This document shows, piece by piece, positions 28,601 to 38,144 of a stretch of 64,000 bases of DNA. How positions within the stretch are numbered: position 1 is the first letter of the stretch; the number at the start of each line of letters is the position of its first letter. This DNA comes from Patescibacteria group bacterium (GTDB lineage Bacteria > Patescibacteriota > Minisyncoccia > Portnoybacterales > UBA2143). The stretch spans positions 2,512 to 66,511 of the forward strand of contig JAHJSM010000003.1 in NCBI GenBank assembly GCA_018830295.1, in the 5' to 3' direction. The notes under the pieces were generated by a model. It was not told the origin of the DNA. It did no database searches and saw nothing but the letters and a program-made list of their open reading frames with translations. A program made the translations under genes and the position numbers.

Positions 28601-29878
28601 TTATTCCTTTGGGCGCATTAGGGGGAATAGAATTGCTTCTCTTAAGCTTTTCGCATCTGTCAATAAGAGCACCAGTCGGTCTATGCCCAGACCAAAACCA
28701 GCGGCGGGGGGCATTCCATATTCAAGCGCTTCAATAAAATCTTTATCGTATCTTTGCGCTTCCTCATCTCCTTTTTCGCGTTTTTTCTCTTGTTCCTCAA
28801 ACGCTTTTTTCTGCTCAATCGGATTATTCTGCTCGGTAAACGCTTTTATTAATTCTACTCCACAGGCAATACCCTGAAGCGCCTGTCCGTCTTTGCAAAG
28901 CGGCATATTCGGCACATTCAAAACAAAAGTTGGCTTTTCAAGTTTAGCGTAAGCCGCCTTATCGTCGCCATTTTTAACAATTTCTCCGTATTCCACTCTG
29001 TCCCATTTTTTTGGAAAAACCTTCGGATCAAGATGATACATTAAATCCTCCGTAAATTTCATCAAGTCCTCCCAATCCCAATAAGCCGCGTACCATTCCA
29101 ACATTGTAAAATCAGGATTATGCTCCCTGTCCATGCCCTCATTTCTAAAACATCTGCCAATTTCAAAGACCCTCTCAAACCCGCCCACCAAAAGCCGCTT
29201 CAAATACAATTCTGGCGCGATTCTTAAATACAAATCTATGTCCAACGCGTTAAGATGTGTCGTAAAAGGTTTCGCGTTAGCGCCCCCGTATAGCGACTGC
29301 AAAATGGGGGTCTCCACCTCCATAAAATTATTCTTTTCCAAAAACTCTCTTATTTTTTTAATAATTTCATTCCGTTTGACAAAGACCTCGCGAACATCCT
29401 TATTCATGATCAAATCCAAATATCTTTTGCGAAATCTTTCTTCAACATCCTTAATCCCGTGCCACTTTTCGGGCAAAGGCGACAAACTTTTGCTCAAAAT
29501 TTTGTAATCGTTCAGCAAAAGCGTTTTTTCTTCCTTCTTTGTTAAAAAGAGCGTCCCGCGCGCGCCGATAAAATCTCCCACATCAAAATGAGCAATAAAA
29601 AAATTATATTTCTCCTCGCCAATTCCGTCCTTTTTTAAATAAATCTGAATCTGCCCCGAGCCGTCTTCAATATTAGCGAATGTAGAACCGCCATGTTGGC
29701 GAATTGAACGCAAGCGACCGACCAAAGAGACCTCCTCGCCCCCAGCGGAAAGTTCATCAAAACCATCAAACGCCTCCTGGCAAGTATGCGTCCGCTCCGT
29801 TTCGCTCGGATACGGATTTATTTTGGCTTTGCGAATACTCTCTAATTTCTCCAGCCGATTTTGTTTTATTTCATTCAT
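28601..29878 (-). CDS. lysS: Lysine--tRNA ligase (class II, compact)
   Basis: OB fold, YLRIAPELYLKRL, FRNEG, HNPDFTMLE, EYGMPPAAGFGLGIDRL. Confidence 0.95.
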   Translation of the reverse strand: MNEIKQNRLEKLESIRKAKINPYPSETERTHTCQEAFDGFDELSAGGEEVSLVGRLRSIRQHGGSTFANIEDGSGQIQIYLKKDGIGEEKYNFFIAHFDVGDFIGARGTLFLTKKEEKTLLLNDYKILSKSLSPLPEKWHGIKDVEERFRKRYLDLIMNKDVREVFVKRNEIIKKIREFLEKNNFMEVETPILQSLYGGANAKPFTTHLNALDIDLYLRIAPELYLKRLLVGGFERVFEIGRCFRNEGMDREHNPDFTMLEWYAAYWDWEDLMKFTEDLMYHLDPKVFPKKWDRVEYGEIVKNGDDKAAYAKLEKPTFVLNVPNMPLCKDGQALQGIACGVELIKAFTEQNNPIEQKKAFEEQEKKREKGDEEAQRYDKDFIEALEYGMPPAAGFGLGIDRLVLLLTDAKSLREAILFPLMRPKE

Positions 29879-29930
29879 AAGCGCAATTTATGGGGGCAGC
29901 CCCCGCAACGGGGGCTGCCCCCATCTTATC

Positions 29931-30404
29931 TTACTCTATCCCCACAATCTTATACCCCACCTTCCCCTTCGGCGTTTCTACTTCTATTGTATCACCAATT
30001 TGACGACCTAAAAAGGCCTGACCTAAAGGCGATTCGTTTGAAATTTTGCCCTGAACCGGGTCGGCTTCTCGCGAACCAACAATCGCAAAAATCCTTTCTT
30101 CAGCCGTAGAATTGGTCATAAGCGCCTTAACAACCGAGCCCACTTGGACTTTCTTCCCCTCTGATGGCTGCCCTTTGGACGGCTCAATTAAAACCGCGTT
30201 TTTGAGCGCCTCTTCCAATTCAGCGATCTTACCCTCGTTAAACGATTGAGCGTTTTTAGCGGCATCGTATTCGCTATTCTCGGACAAGTCGCCCATTGAC
30301 CTCGCCTCCTCCAACCGTTCAGCAATTTCTCGCCGTCCGTCCGTTTTGCGCTCCTCTAACTCCTTCTTCAATTGTACCAACCCCTCTTTGCTAATATGTT
30401 CCAT
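29931..30404 (-). CDS. greA: Transcription elongation factor GreA
   Basis: GDLSENSEYDAAK, ISNESPLGQAFLG. Confidence 0.96.
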   Translation of the reverse strand: MEHISKEGLVQLKKELEERKTDGRREIAERLEEARSMGDLSENSEYDAAKNAQSFNEGKIAELEEALKNAVLIEPSKGQPSEGKKVQVGSVVKALMTNSTAEERIFAIVGSREADPVQGKISNESPLGQAFLGRQIGDTIEVETPKGKVGYKIVGIE

Positions 30405-32277
30405 ACCTATTAAAATACCATTCCAAGACCTCTTTGGCAACTGGGACAGCCGCCTTGTGCCCCTCTCCTCCGCCCTCAATCACAATTGCTATGACGATTT
30501 GCGGATTATCATAAGGCGCGTAGCCGACAAACCAACTATGCGTTTTCCCTTCTGTCCCAAATTGAGCCGTTCCGGTTTTGCCCGCCACCTCAACGGGCAA
30601 ACTCCCTAAAGCGGCGGCCGAGCCGGTAATTACCGCCTGGCGCATTCCTTTTTGAACCGTCGCGATATTCTCCGATTGGATAAAATTGTCTTTAACAATA
30701 ACAGCATCAACAGATTTATCAACCAATCGCGGCTGATAAAAAATACCCCCGTTGGCAATAGCGGAAATAGCCGCCGCCATTTGCAAAGGCGTTACTAAAA
30801 GATCCCCCTGTCCAATTGACAAATGATATGTATCGCCTAAATACCACTTCTCGCCGCCTTGTCCAATTTTCCACTCTTCGTCTGGAATTAAACCCGCTTC
30901 TTCATAAGGCAAGTCAATTCCCGTCTTCTGTCCCAATCCAAAATTTTGAAGATATTCTTTGATTCGGTCAACGCCCAGTCCTGCTGTTTGCTCGTACCCG
31001 CCGCCAACAATATAGAAAAAAACATTACAGGACTCCGCGATCGCCTTAACAATATCCGTCAATCCATGAACCGTCCAATCGGGATAGCGATAAACAATTT
31101 CTGGGTTATAAATATTGGCGATGCTCAAAAGGCCAGTACAATTGATTTGGCGAGAAGAAGAAATCACTTTTTCTTCCAGCGCGGCGGCCGCGATTAATGG
31201 CTTAAGCGTTGAGCCGGGAGGATACTGCCCCGCGACCGCCCGATTTAAAAATGGCTGGTCATATTTTCCAAAGAGCGCGTCCAACTCCAATTGGGAAATT
31301 CCTTGAACAAGAAGATTACTGTCAAAACCAGGCAAACTGACCATCGCCAAAACCCCGCCGTTGTTCGGGTCAATCGCAACCGCCGCCGCCGCATTGTCCG
31401 CCATCCCCTCCAAAGAAGAATAAAGTTTCTTTTGCAATTCACCATCAATAAAAAGAACCAACCCCTCCCCCGGTTCAGGCAATTTAGAAGCCAATAAATT
31501 TCTTATCCGCCCCAGCGCGTCAACCTCCATTTGCTCCTGCCCCGGCTCGCCTCTCAAAATTTCCTCATATTGCCGTTCCAGCCCGTCCTTTCCAATTTGG
31601 TCGTTGAGCAAATAATTATCTCTATCTTTTAATTCTGACGGGCTAATCTGCCCTGTATAGCCGAGAATATGAGCGAAATATGCCCCAAAAGGATACTGCC
31701 GCTGGGCGTTTTTCTCCAATCGCATCCCCGGCCAATTATCAACCCAATTTTCCAAAACCAAAGCCGCCTCTCTTTCAATATTTTTAAGCAGAACTATTTG
31801 GCTCGTCTTTCCCGATGCCTCTTCTATTTTTTCTCTTAACGCGTCTTTACTCTCAACTGAAACGACTTTAATAATTTTTTCCAAAATCTTTTCCTGAACC
31901 AAAATAGAATTTTCCAAAAAATCAACTAAATTAACAACTAAATCAAAACTTGGGATATTATAAACCAACGGCTGATGAAAACGGTCGTAAATTATTCCGC
32001 GCGGAGCGCTCACCGAATAAATTCTCAATTTATTTCCCCGCGACAACTCCGAATAATATTCCCCTTTAATCACCTGAAGATAGCCCGCCCTAAAAAAAAG
32101 CCCCAATAAAACGACAGCCATGAGCGCGTATAAAAAAACAAAATTACGATTTTTAATCGGTTGCTCTAGTTTTCCTTTTCTTTCCAAAGAACGAACCGCT
32201 TCAGCGTCCAAAAAAATCTCCTCCGCTTCAACGCTCTCTTTAGACCTGTATTTTACGAAATATTTTTTTAATCCCAT
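30391..32277 (-). CDS. mrdA: Penicillin-binding protein 2
   Basis: APRGIIYDR, PPGSTLK (SxxK), SCN, KTGTAQ; follows mreCD. Confidence 0.93.
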   Translation of the reverse strand: MGLKKYFVKYRSKESVEAEEIFLDAEAVRSLERKGKLEQPIKNRNFVFLYALMAVVLLGLFFRAGYLQVIKGEYYSELSRGNKLRIYSVSAPRGIIYDRFHQPLVYNIPSFDLVVNLVDFLENSILVQEKILEKIIKVVSVESKDALREKIEEASGKTSQIVLLKNIEREAALVLENWVDNWPGMRLEKNAQRQYPFGAYFAHILGYTGQISPSELKDRDNYLLNDQIGKDGLERQYEEILRGEPGQEQMEVDALGRIRNLLASKLPEPGEGLVLFIDGELQKKLYSSLEGMADNAAAAVAIDPNNGGVLAMVSLPGFDSNLLVQGISQLELDALFGKYDQPFLNRAVAGQYPPGSTLKPLIAAAALEEKVISSSRQINCTGLLSIANIYNPEIVYRYPDWTVHGLTDIVKAIAESCNVFFYIVGGGYEQTAGLGVDRIKEYLQNFGLGQKTGIDLPYEEAGLIPDEEWKIGQGGEKWYLGDTYHLSIGQGDLLVTPLQMAAAISAIANGGIFYQPRLVDKSVDAVIVKDNFIQSENIATVQKGMRQAVITGSAAALGSLPVEVAGKTGTAQFGTEGKTHSWFVGYAPYDNPQIVIAIVIEGGGEGHKAAVPVAKEVLEWYFNRYGTY

Positions 32278-32719
32278 TAAAAATAAGAAGCGCGATAAGT
32301 AGATTATACAAAGCGCTCCAAAATAAATATCCAACGCTAAAAATTGGTTCTAATTTAAATAAAACTAATAGAAGATTCAAAAACAAATTAAAAACAGAAA
32401 CGCCCAAAACGACCAGCCCTATTTTTACGGCAAATTTAAATTTCAAGGAAATCATATTATTAAGCCAATCAACACCGTAAGCCGCTCCAATCAAACTCAA
32501 GTTCGCTAACCCAAAAGGCAAAACCGAAAATAAGTCCAAAAAAACGCCCGCCAATAAGACATCTAACCAGACCCCCTTAAAACCGTCTAAAATAACAAAA
32601 ATCAAAGCCAAAATCAAAACCAAATTCGGCGCGACTTCCCCCACAGACAAAAAAGGAACAACCGTCGTCTGCAAAACAGCCGCCAACAACAAAGTAAAGA
32701 TAATAAATAAATGCCTCAT
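32240..32719 (-). CDS. mreD: Rod shape-determining protein MreD
   Basis: Hydrophobic, PNLVLI, GVFLDLFS; located between mreC and mrdA. Confidence 0.8.
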   Translation of the reverse strand: MRHLFIIFTLLLAAVLQTTVVPFLSVGEVAPNLVLILALIFVILDGFKGVWLDVLLAGVFLDLFSVLPFGLANLSLIGAAYGVDWLNNMISLKFKFAVKIGLVVLGVSVFNLFLNLLLVLFKLEPIFSVGYLFWSALYNLLIALLIFNGIKKIFRKIQV

Positions 32720-32765
32720 CTAATGCTCCATGGGGGCTGCCCCCGCAACGGGGGCAGCCCCCATC

Positions 32766-33530
32766 TTACTTAATTACAAACACCCTCTCCAACTTCATAA
32801 AATCAACCACTGGTTTAATTTTCGCCGTTTGCGAAATTCGCGCGTCGGAAGAAATTACTTTTTGAATCTGACCAATCAGCAAGCCCGGCGGAAAGAACCC
32901 TGCTAAACCCGATGAAATCACCGTTTCGCCGCTGTTAATCTCCTCTCCTTGGGGCAACAAATCAATCACTAAATCCAACCCCTGCGCGCTTTTAACCAGA
33001 CCTGTAATCCCGGATTCTTGTATTAAAGCATTGACTTTACTATTGGGATCCGAAAGTAAACGAACTTTTGCGAATGAGCCAAGCGCTTCAATAACCTGCC
33101 CAACCAAAAGATTGCCAGCCGAAATAACAACCATCCCTTCTTCAACGCCATCTTCTTTGCCTTTATTAATTAAAAATTGCCTATTAGAGCCCAAAATATC
33201 ATACCCAATCACTTCCGCCAAAATCAATTCTCTCTCTTCATTCGCGGACAATCCTATTTGTTCCCGAAGAAAATTATTTTCCTGCTCCACCCTTTTTAGA
33301 AAAGCAACCTCGCCCAAAAGTTGAGCGTTCTCTTCTCTAAGATTGTTATTCTCCTCGCCGGTAATTCCGTTAATTTTTTGGGCAATTTGATATATTATTT
33401 TTTGAAACGAACCGGTCAATTGAAAAAAAACATTTTTAGGCGACTCCAACCACCCCTGCCCATTCATAAAAATAGCGACGGCGATGATTAGCAAAGACAA
33501 AATAAAAGGATGGCGAAAAAATTTCTTCAT
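32766..33530 (-). CDS. mreC: Rod shape-determining protein MreC
   Basis: TM + coiled coil, INKGKEDGV, SSGLAGFFPPGLLIG. Confidence 0.92.
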   Translation of the reverse strand: MKKFFRHPFILSLLIIAVAIFMNGQGWLESPKNVFFQLTGSFQKIIYQIAQKINGITGEENNNLREENAQLLGEVAFLKRVEQENNFLREQIGLSANEERELILAEVIGYDILGSNRQFLINKGKEDGVEEGMVVISAGNLLVGQVIEALGSFAKVRLLSDPNSKVNALIQESGITGLVKSAQGLDLVIDLLPQGEEINSGETVISSGLAGFFPPGLLIGQIQKVISSDARISQTAKIKPVVDFMKLERVFVIK

Positions 33531-33651
33531 TACGCCCCATATTACCACAACCCCAGTCACAACAAAAGGGGGCTGCCCCCGCAACGGGAGCAGCCCCCAT
33601 CTTAATCCCAAGGGGACTGTCCTTCGCCGCGAGGGACAGTCCCCGTCTTAA

Positions 33652-33885
33652 TTACATTGACATCGGTCTTTCTTCATCTTCACTTTCCGCTGGCGTTTCC
33701 GCTGGCGCTTCCGGAGCGTCCTCAACCATTGGAGCAACTACATCAGCCGAATCATCGGATACTTCCGGCGCGGCATCAACCGCTTCAGGCGCTGAAGCTC
33801 CTTCATCCTCTTTATCTTTTTTCGCGCCCATCCAAATTGCCAAACCGCCCGCCGCGACTAAAAGAATTATAATCCATGTCCACAT
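33652..33885 (-). CDS. Small membrane-anchored acidic protein
   Basis: MWTWIIILLV TM followed by an Ala/Pro/Glu/Asp-rich tail. Confidence 0.6.
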   Translation of the reverse strand: MWTWIIILLVAAGGLAIWMGAKKDKEDEGASAPEAVDAAPEVSDDSADVVAPMVEDAPEAPAETPAESEDEERPMSM

Positions 33886-34040
33886 ATTTTTACTTCGCTT
33901 AAAATTTGTCTTCCTAAACACTGATGTTAAAAAAACAAACCCCAAACAAAATTACCTTTCTTTATTTAATTTATATTCACAATCCACTTTTATTATAACA
34001 AAAACAAATCAAAATAACAAAAAAATTTCGTTGTGGATAA

Positions 34041-34730
34041 CTATCTTCCCCTAATCACCATCCACGGAAACATCACAACAGCGTTAAAAATCCGCTTTAC
34101 CCGCCGCGGCTGAACGCCGAAACGCCAAGCCCATTCCAATCCAGTCGCTCGCAAAAATTTAGGCGCGCGCCTTATATCCCCTGAAATAAAATCAAACGCG
34201 CCTCCCACTCCCACCGCCAATTTAACCGAAGGCAGTTTTCTTAAATTCTCCGCGATCCATTTTTCCTGTTTCGGCATCCCTAAAGCAACGAAAAGAATTG
34301 ACGGTTTTTCTATTTGATATTCGCTAATTTTTTCTATATCTATTTCTCTAATCTCTAAGCCGTCATATTTTTCCCTCAAATTGTCCGCCGCTTTTCGCGC
34401 CACTCCCGCGCCGCCGCCTACTAAAAAAATTTGACATTCCTCTCGCGCGAATTTCTGGCAAATTTTTTCCATCAAATCAACGCCTGCGAATCGCTTCTTT
34501 AACGGCTCGCCTAAAAACCAAGAAGCAAAGACCAAACCAACCCCATCAGGAACCGCTAAATCAGCCCCGTTAAGAATTCCCCTAAATTCCTCATCTTTCC
34601 GCGCCCAAACCAAAAATTCTGGATTAAGCGTGACGATATAATGTTTCTTTTCGCTTCGCAAAAATCCGTCTATCCTTTCAAAAATTTCCTCTTCTCCTAA
34701 ATTATCCACTCTAACCCCTAAAATCTCCAT
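34041..34730 (-). CDS. WecB/TagA/CpsF glycosyltransferase
   Basis: TLNPE, PDGVG, GVDL, VALGMPKQEKW, GVGGAFD, GLEWAWR. Confidence 0.93.
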   Translation of the reverse strand: MEILGVRVDNLGEEEIFERIDGFLRSEKKHYIVTLNPEFLVWARKDEEFRGILNGADLAVPDGVGLVFASWFLGEPLKKRFAGVDLMEKICQKFAREECQIFLVGGGAGVARKAADNLREKYDGLEIREIDIEKISEYQIEKPSILFVALGMPKQEKWIAENLRKLPSVKLAVGVGGAFDFISGDIRRAPKFLRATGLEWAWRFGVQPRRVKRIFNAVVMFPWMVIRGR

Positions 34731-34939
34731 AATTTTATTATAGCATAAAAGCATCATCCGGGGACAGTCCCCGCCGCGAGGACTGTCCCCTTCTTAACAA
34801 AGGGACATTCCAAGGGGGGCAGTCCCCCGTCTCGGGGGCTGCCCCCGTCTTAATCTCAAGGGGACTGTCCCTCGCGGCGAGGGACAGTCCCCGTCTTTCT
34901 ATTGCTCTCTGCCTCAAAAAGGATATAATAATAATAAAA

Positions 34940-35362
34940 ATGATTAAAAAAGAAACGGCCATCCAGCAAATCGTCAATCACTATTTCGCAACTAAGGGCT
35001 TAAACACCGACGAGCTTAAAAAAGACGCCAAAAAAGGAAAAATTATTTATTCCAGGCATACCCGCCCCGCGAAACAACTCTTAGAACTCGCTGGTTCCGT
35101 CACAAAAGCCAAAAAAGCCATCAATAAGGTCTCAAAGTGGGCGCGCTCAAGAAACCTTGATTACGCCATTGAGACCGTTTTTAAAAAATGGCTTGAATTA
35201 GATCGCCTCAAACCAAAAGAGATCGTCAAAAAACCTTTTTTTAGAGATGAACCGATGATTTGGTCAAAGACAAAAAAGAAATGGTTTGTTATTACCAAAG
35301 ACGGCGAATGGAAAGAATTCGCCGCTAAAGAATCCGAGATTGAATGGAAATTAGAAAAATGA
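34940..35362 (+). CDS. Conserved-looking basic hypothetical protein, translationally coupled to def
   Basis: TATAAT just upstream; ATGA overlap with the def start at 35359. Confidence 0.7.
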   Translation: MIKKETAIQQIVNHYFATKGLNTDELKKDAKKGKIIYSRHTRPAKQLLELAGSVTKAKKAINKVSKWARSRNLDYAIETVFKKWLELDRLKPKEIVKKPFFRDEPMIWSKTKKKWFVITKDGEWKEFAAKESEIEWKLEK

Positions 35363-36654
35363 TTCTCAACATCCAAACAGGCGCCGACAATCCCGTTTTG
35401 CGCCGAAAAGCCAAAGAAGTTAAAAAAATCAACTCTCAAATCAGAGAGCTTATTTTAAATATGAAGGAAACGCTTGAAAGCGACGGCAATTCCATCGGTT
35501 TAGCCGCTCCACAAGTGGGCAAATCACTGCGCATCATCGCAATCAGCCCCGAACTAAATGAAAAATCTATCATTTTGATCAATCCAAAAATCGTTAAAAC
35601 ATCGTTTAGAAAAATAGTTTTAGAAGAGGGCTGTTTAAGTTTACCTAATATTTCCATCCCCATTAAAAGACATTCCAAAATAACGGTCCAAGCACTCAAC
35701 GAAAAAGGCGAGCCAATCAAGATAAAAACCGAAGGCCTCGCCGCCCGAATTATCCAACACGAAATCGACCATTTAGAGGGTATTTTAATTATTGACTCCC
35801 TCTTGGGGACAGTCCCTCGCCACGAGGGACTGTCCCCGGATTATCTTAAAACAATTTTTATCGGGACTTCTGAATTTGCCGTTCCTGTTTTGGAGGCGCT
35901 TGTTCGCTGTTCATTGTTCGCCGTTCAATGCGTTATTACCGCTCCCGATAAACCCGCTCCCTCGCCGATTAAAATAGCCACTTTGCAAAACGGGTTGCCT
36001 ATCTTACAACCCGAAAAAATATCAAAAGCCGCGGTGAAAATATCCAATTTAAAGCCCGACTTAATCATCACCGCCTCTTATGGACAAATCATTCCAAAAA
36101 ATATTTTAGACATTCCAAAATACGGCTCCATTAACATCCACCCTTCGCTTTTGCCAAAATATCGCGGACCGTCCCCCATCCAAACGGCCATTTTGAACGG
36201 CGACAAAAATACTGGCATTTCCGTGATGCTTATGGACGAAAAAATGGACCACGGGCCGATTATCGCCCAAAAAAAAGTCGCTATAAAAAAGCGCGAAAAC
36301 TATCAGGACTTGGAAAAAAGATTATCTCTCCTCTCGGCAAATTTTTTGTTAAAGATTCTGCCACGATATATCCAAGGAAAAATTAATCCGAAAAAACAAA
36401 ACAATTCTAAAGCCAGTTATACTAAAATACTTTCCCGCCAAGACGGACAAATTAAACCAAAACAAACCGCCCAAGAAATTGAAAGAATGCTCTGCGCTTT
36501 TACGCCTTGGCCCGGCGTCTGGACTATTATTAAAAAACGCCGAGTAAAAATCCTCAAAGCGAAGGTCGTCCAAGGGCGACTTCTCTTAGAAATTGTCCAG
36601 CCCGAAGGCAAAAAACCAATGACCGCGGAGGAATTTTTTCGTGGATTAAGGTAA
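35359..36654 (+). CDS. def-fmt: Fused peptide deformylase / methionyl-tRNA formyltransferase
   Basis: Def motifs GLAAPQVG, EGCLS, QHEIDHLEG; linker LGTVPRHEGLSPD; Fmt motifs IFIGTSEFA, NIHPSLLPKYRGPSP, MDHGPI, AFTPWPG. Confidence 0.92.
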   Translation: MILNIQTGADNPVLRRKAKEVKKINSQIRELILNMKETLESDGNSIGLAAPQVGKSLRIIAISPELNEKSIILINPKIVKTSFRKIVLEEGCLSLPNISIPIKRHSKITVQALNEKGEPIKIKTEGLAARIIQHEIDHLEGILIIDSLLGTVPRHEGLSPDYLKTIFIGTSEFAVPVLEALVRCSLFAVQCVITAPDKPAPSPIKIATLQNGLPILQPEKISKAAVKISNLKPDLIITASYGQIIPKNILDIPKYGSINIHPSLLPKYRGPSPIQTAILNGDKNTGISVMLMDEKMDHGPIIAQKKVAIKKRENYQDLEKRLSLLSANFLLKILPRYIQGKINPKKQNNSKASYTKILSRQDGQIKPKQTAQEIERMLCAFTPWPGVWTIIKKRRVKILKAKVVQGRLLLEIVQPEGKKPMTAEEFFRGLR

Positions 36655-36741
36655 CCCGCGGATGGGGGCTGCCCCCGCAGCGGGGGCAGCCCCCAAATTT
36701 ACTTCTTGACCTTATTCTTGTTTTTTGGTACCCTATAACCG

Positions 36742-37269
36742 ATGAATGAACAAAACAAAATATATCAATTAACTTGTCTTTTTTCTCCACTCTTAAGTTC
36801 TGAAGAATCCGACAAATTAGTTCAAAAAATTAAAAAAGAAATTACCGACCGCGAGGGTTCTTTTGATTTGCCGTCCGCATTTTTAGTAAAAGAGAATCTA
36901 ACTAAAAAGAGATTATCTTACCCAATTAAAAAAGAACAGGAAGCGCTTTTTATAAACATAAACTTCACCGCCCCTGCTGAAGCGATTGGCCAAATTGTAA
37001 ATCAAATCGGGTCAGAGAAAGATGTCCTTCGCTGTCTGGCTACTCTGGAGAAAAAAAGCAAACCCAAACCACAGCCAGACAAAAACGAATTTGATTTTGA
37101 ATTCGTTGATAAAGTAGAACCGCTTGTTAAAAAAGAAATTGAGCCAGAAAAACAAATAGAAAAAAAAGAAGAAGAAACAACCGAAGAAGAAATCCCAGAC
37201 AAATCCTCAAAAGCAAAAGTCAAAATTGAAGAATTAGACAAAAAGTTAGAAGAAATATTAAATCAATAA
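36742..37269 (+). CDS. rpsF: 30S ribosomal protein S6 with an acidic C-terminal extension
   Basis: KKRLSYPIKK motif; rpsF-ssb-rpsR synteny. Confidence 0.88.
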   Translation: MNEQNKIYQLTCLFSPLLSSEESDKLVQKIKKEITDREGSFDLPSAFLVKENLTKKRLSYPIKKEQEALFININFTAPAEAIGQIVNQIGSEKDVLRCLATLEKKSKPKPQPDKNEFDFEFVDKVEPLVKKEIEPEKQIEKKEEETTEEEIPDKSSKAKVKIEELDKKLEEILNQ

Positions 37270-37270
37270 T

Positions 37271-37753
37271 ATGAATTTAAATAAAGTTATTATTGTCGGG
37301 CGGTTGACGCGCGACCCAGAATCAAGAGCAATGCCTTCGGGAAAAAGCGTTGTTTCTTTGGGTATCGCGACCAACAGTTTTTGGACAGACGCGAGTGGAA
37401 ATAAAAAGGAAGCGACAGAATACCATAATATCGTTGTCTTTGGAAAATTAGCCGATACTTGTTCCCAATACCTTACAAAAGGACAGTTAATTTTGGTGGA
37501 GGGACGAATTCAAACCCGTTCTTGGGACGACCAAAGCGGAAATAAAAAATATAAAACAGAAATAATTGCCAACAACATGCAAATGGGACCAAGGCCGGGA
37601 GGAAGCCAAGCGGCGCCAAACACTACAACAAACCAGCCAAACCGACCCGCCCCCGCTCCCGCGCCTGTTTCCCAAGAAGATATTCCCGTGATTAACGCCG
37701 AAGAACCAATGGAAGTGAAAAACGAAGTTGATGTAGAAAGCATCCCCTTTTAA
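37271..37753 (+). CDS. ssb: Single-stranded DNA-binding protein
   Basis: MNLNKVIIVGRLTRDPE, EGRIQTRSW, C-terminal IPF. Confidence 0.97.
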   Translation: MNLNKVIIVGRLTRDPESRAMPSGKSVVSLGIATNSFWTDASGNKKEATEYHNIVVFGKLADTCSQYLTKGQLILVEGRIQTRSWDDQSGNKKYKTEIIANNMQMGPRPGGSQAAPNTTTNQPNRPAPAPAPVSQEDIPVINAEEPMEVKNEVDVESIPF

Positions 37754-37768
37754 TTTTATTAAACACTT

Positions 37769-37972
37769 ATGATTAAAAATTGCCCATTTTGCCAGGAAAA
37801 AGATTTAGAGATTAATTACCAAGACACCGAAACACTTTTTCGGTTTACTTCAGGACAAGCCAAAATAATCACCCCAAAACGAACCGGCGTCTGCGCTAAA
37901 CACCAAAGACAGCTCGCCAAAGCGATAAAAAGAGCCCGCGTCATGGGGCTCATGCCATTTATAAGGAAATAA
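37769..37972 (+). CDS. rpsR: 30S ribosomal protein S18
   Basis: CPFC, TGVCAKHQRQLAKAIKRAR. Confidence 0.96.
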   Translation: MIKNCPFCQEKDLEINYQDTETLFRFTSGQAKIITPKRTGVCAKHQRQLAKAIKRARVMGLMPFIRK

Positions 37973-37980
37973 AGAAATAA

Positions 37981-38136
37981 GCGTTTTATATTTTTTTGAT
38001 ACGCGTGGGGCGCCCTTTAGGGCTAAAGCGTTCAGAAAAATCTAAACGCGAACTTTCCGAGCAAGCATTCTGAAATTTCTGATGCGTGTAGGGTTCCCGT
38101 TCCGACGGGATAAAACGCTCAGAAATTTCAGAATGC
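37981..38136 (+). repeat. Structured hairpin repeat family B, copy 3 (37981-38049) and a covarying variant (38065-38136)
   Basis: Two tandem hairpins between the convergent rpsR and recA genes. Confidence 0.85.
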
Positions 38137-38144
38137 GAGCGATC

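Noticed and set aside
34738-34977. ORFs 34738..34977, 48821..49051 and 51481..51780, and the N-terminal extensions of ORFs 19017, 32766 and 51784
   Set aside because: They are translations of intergenic palindrome clusters (GAAP/GLSP peptides), not credible genes.
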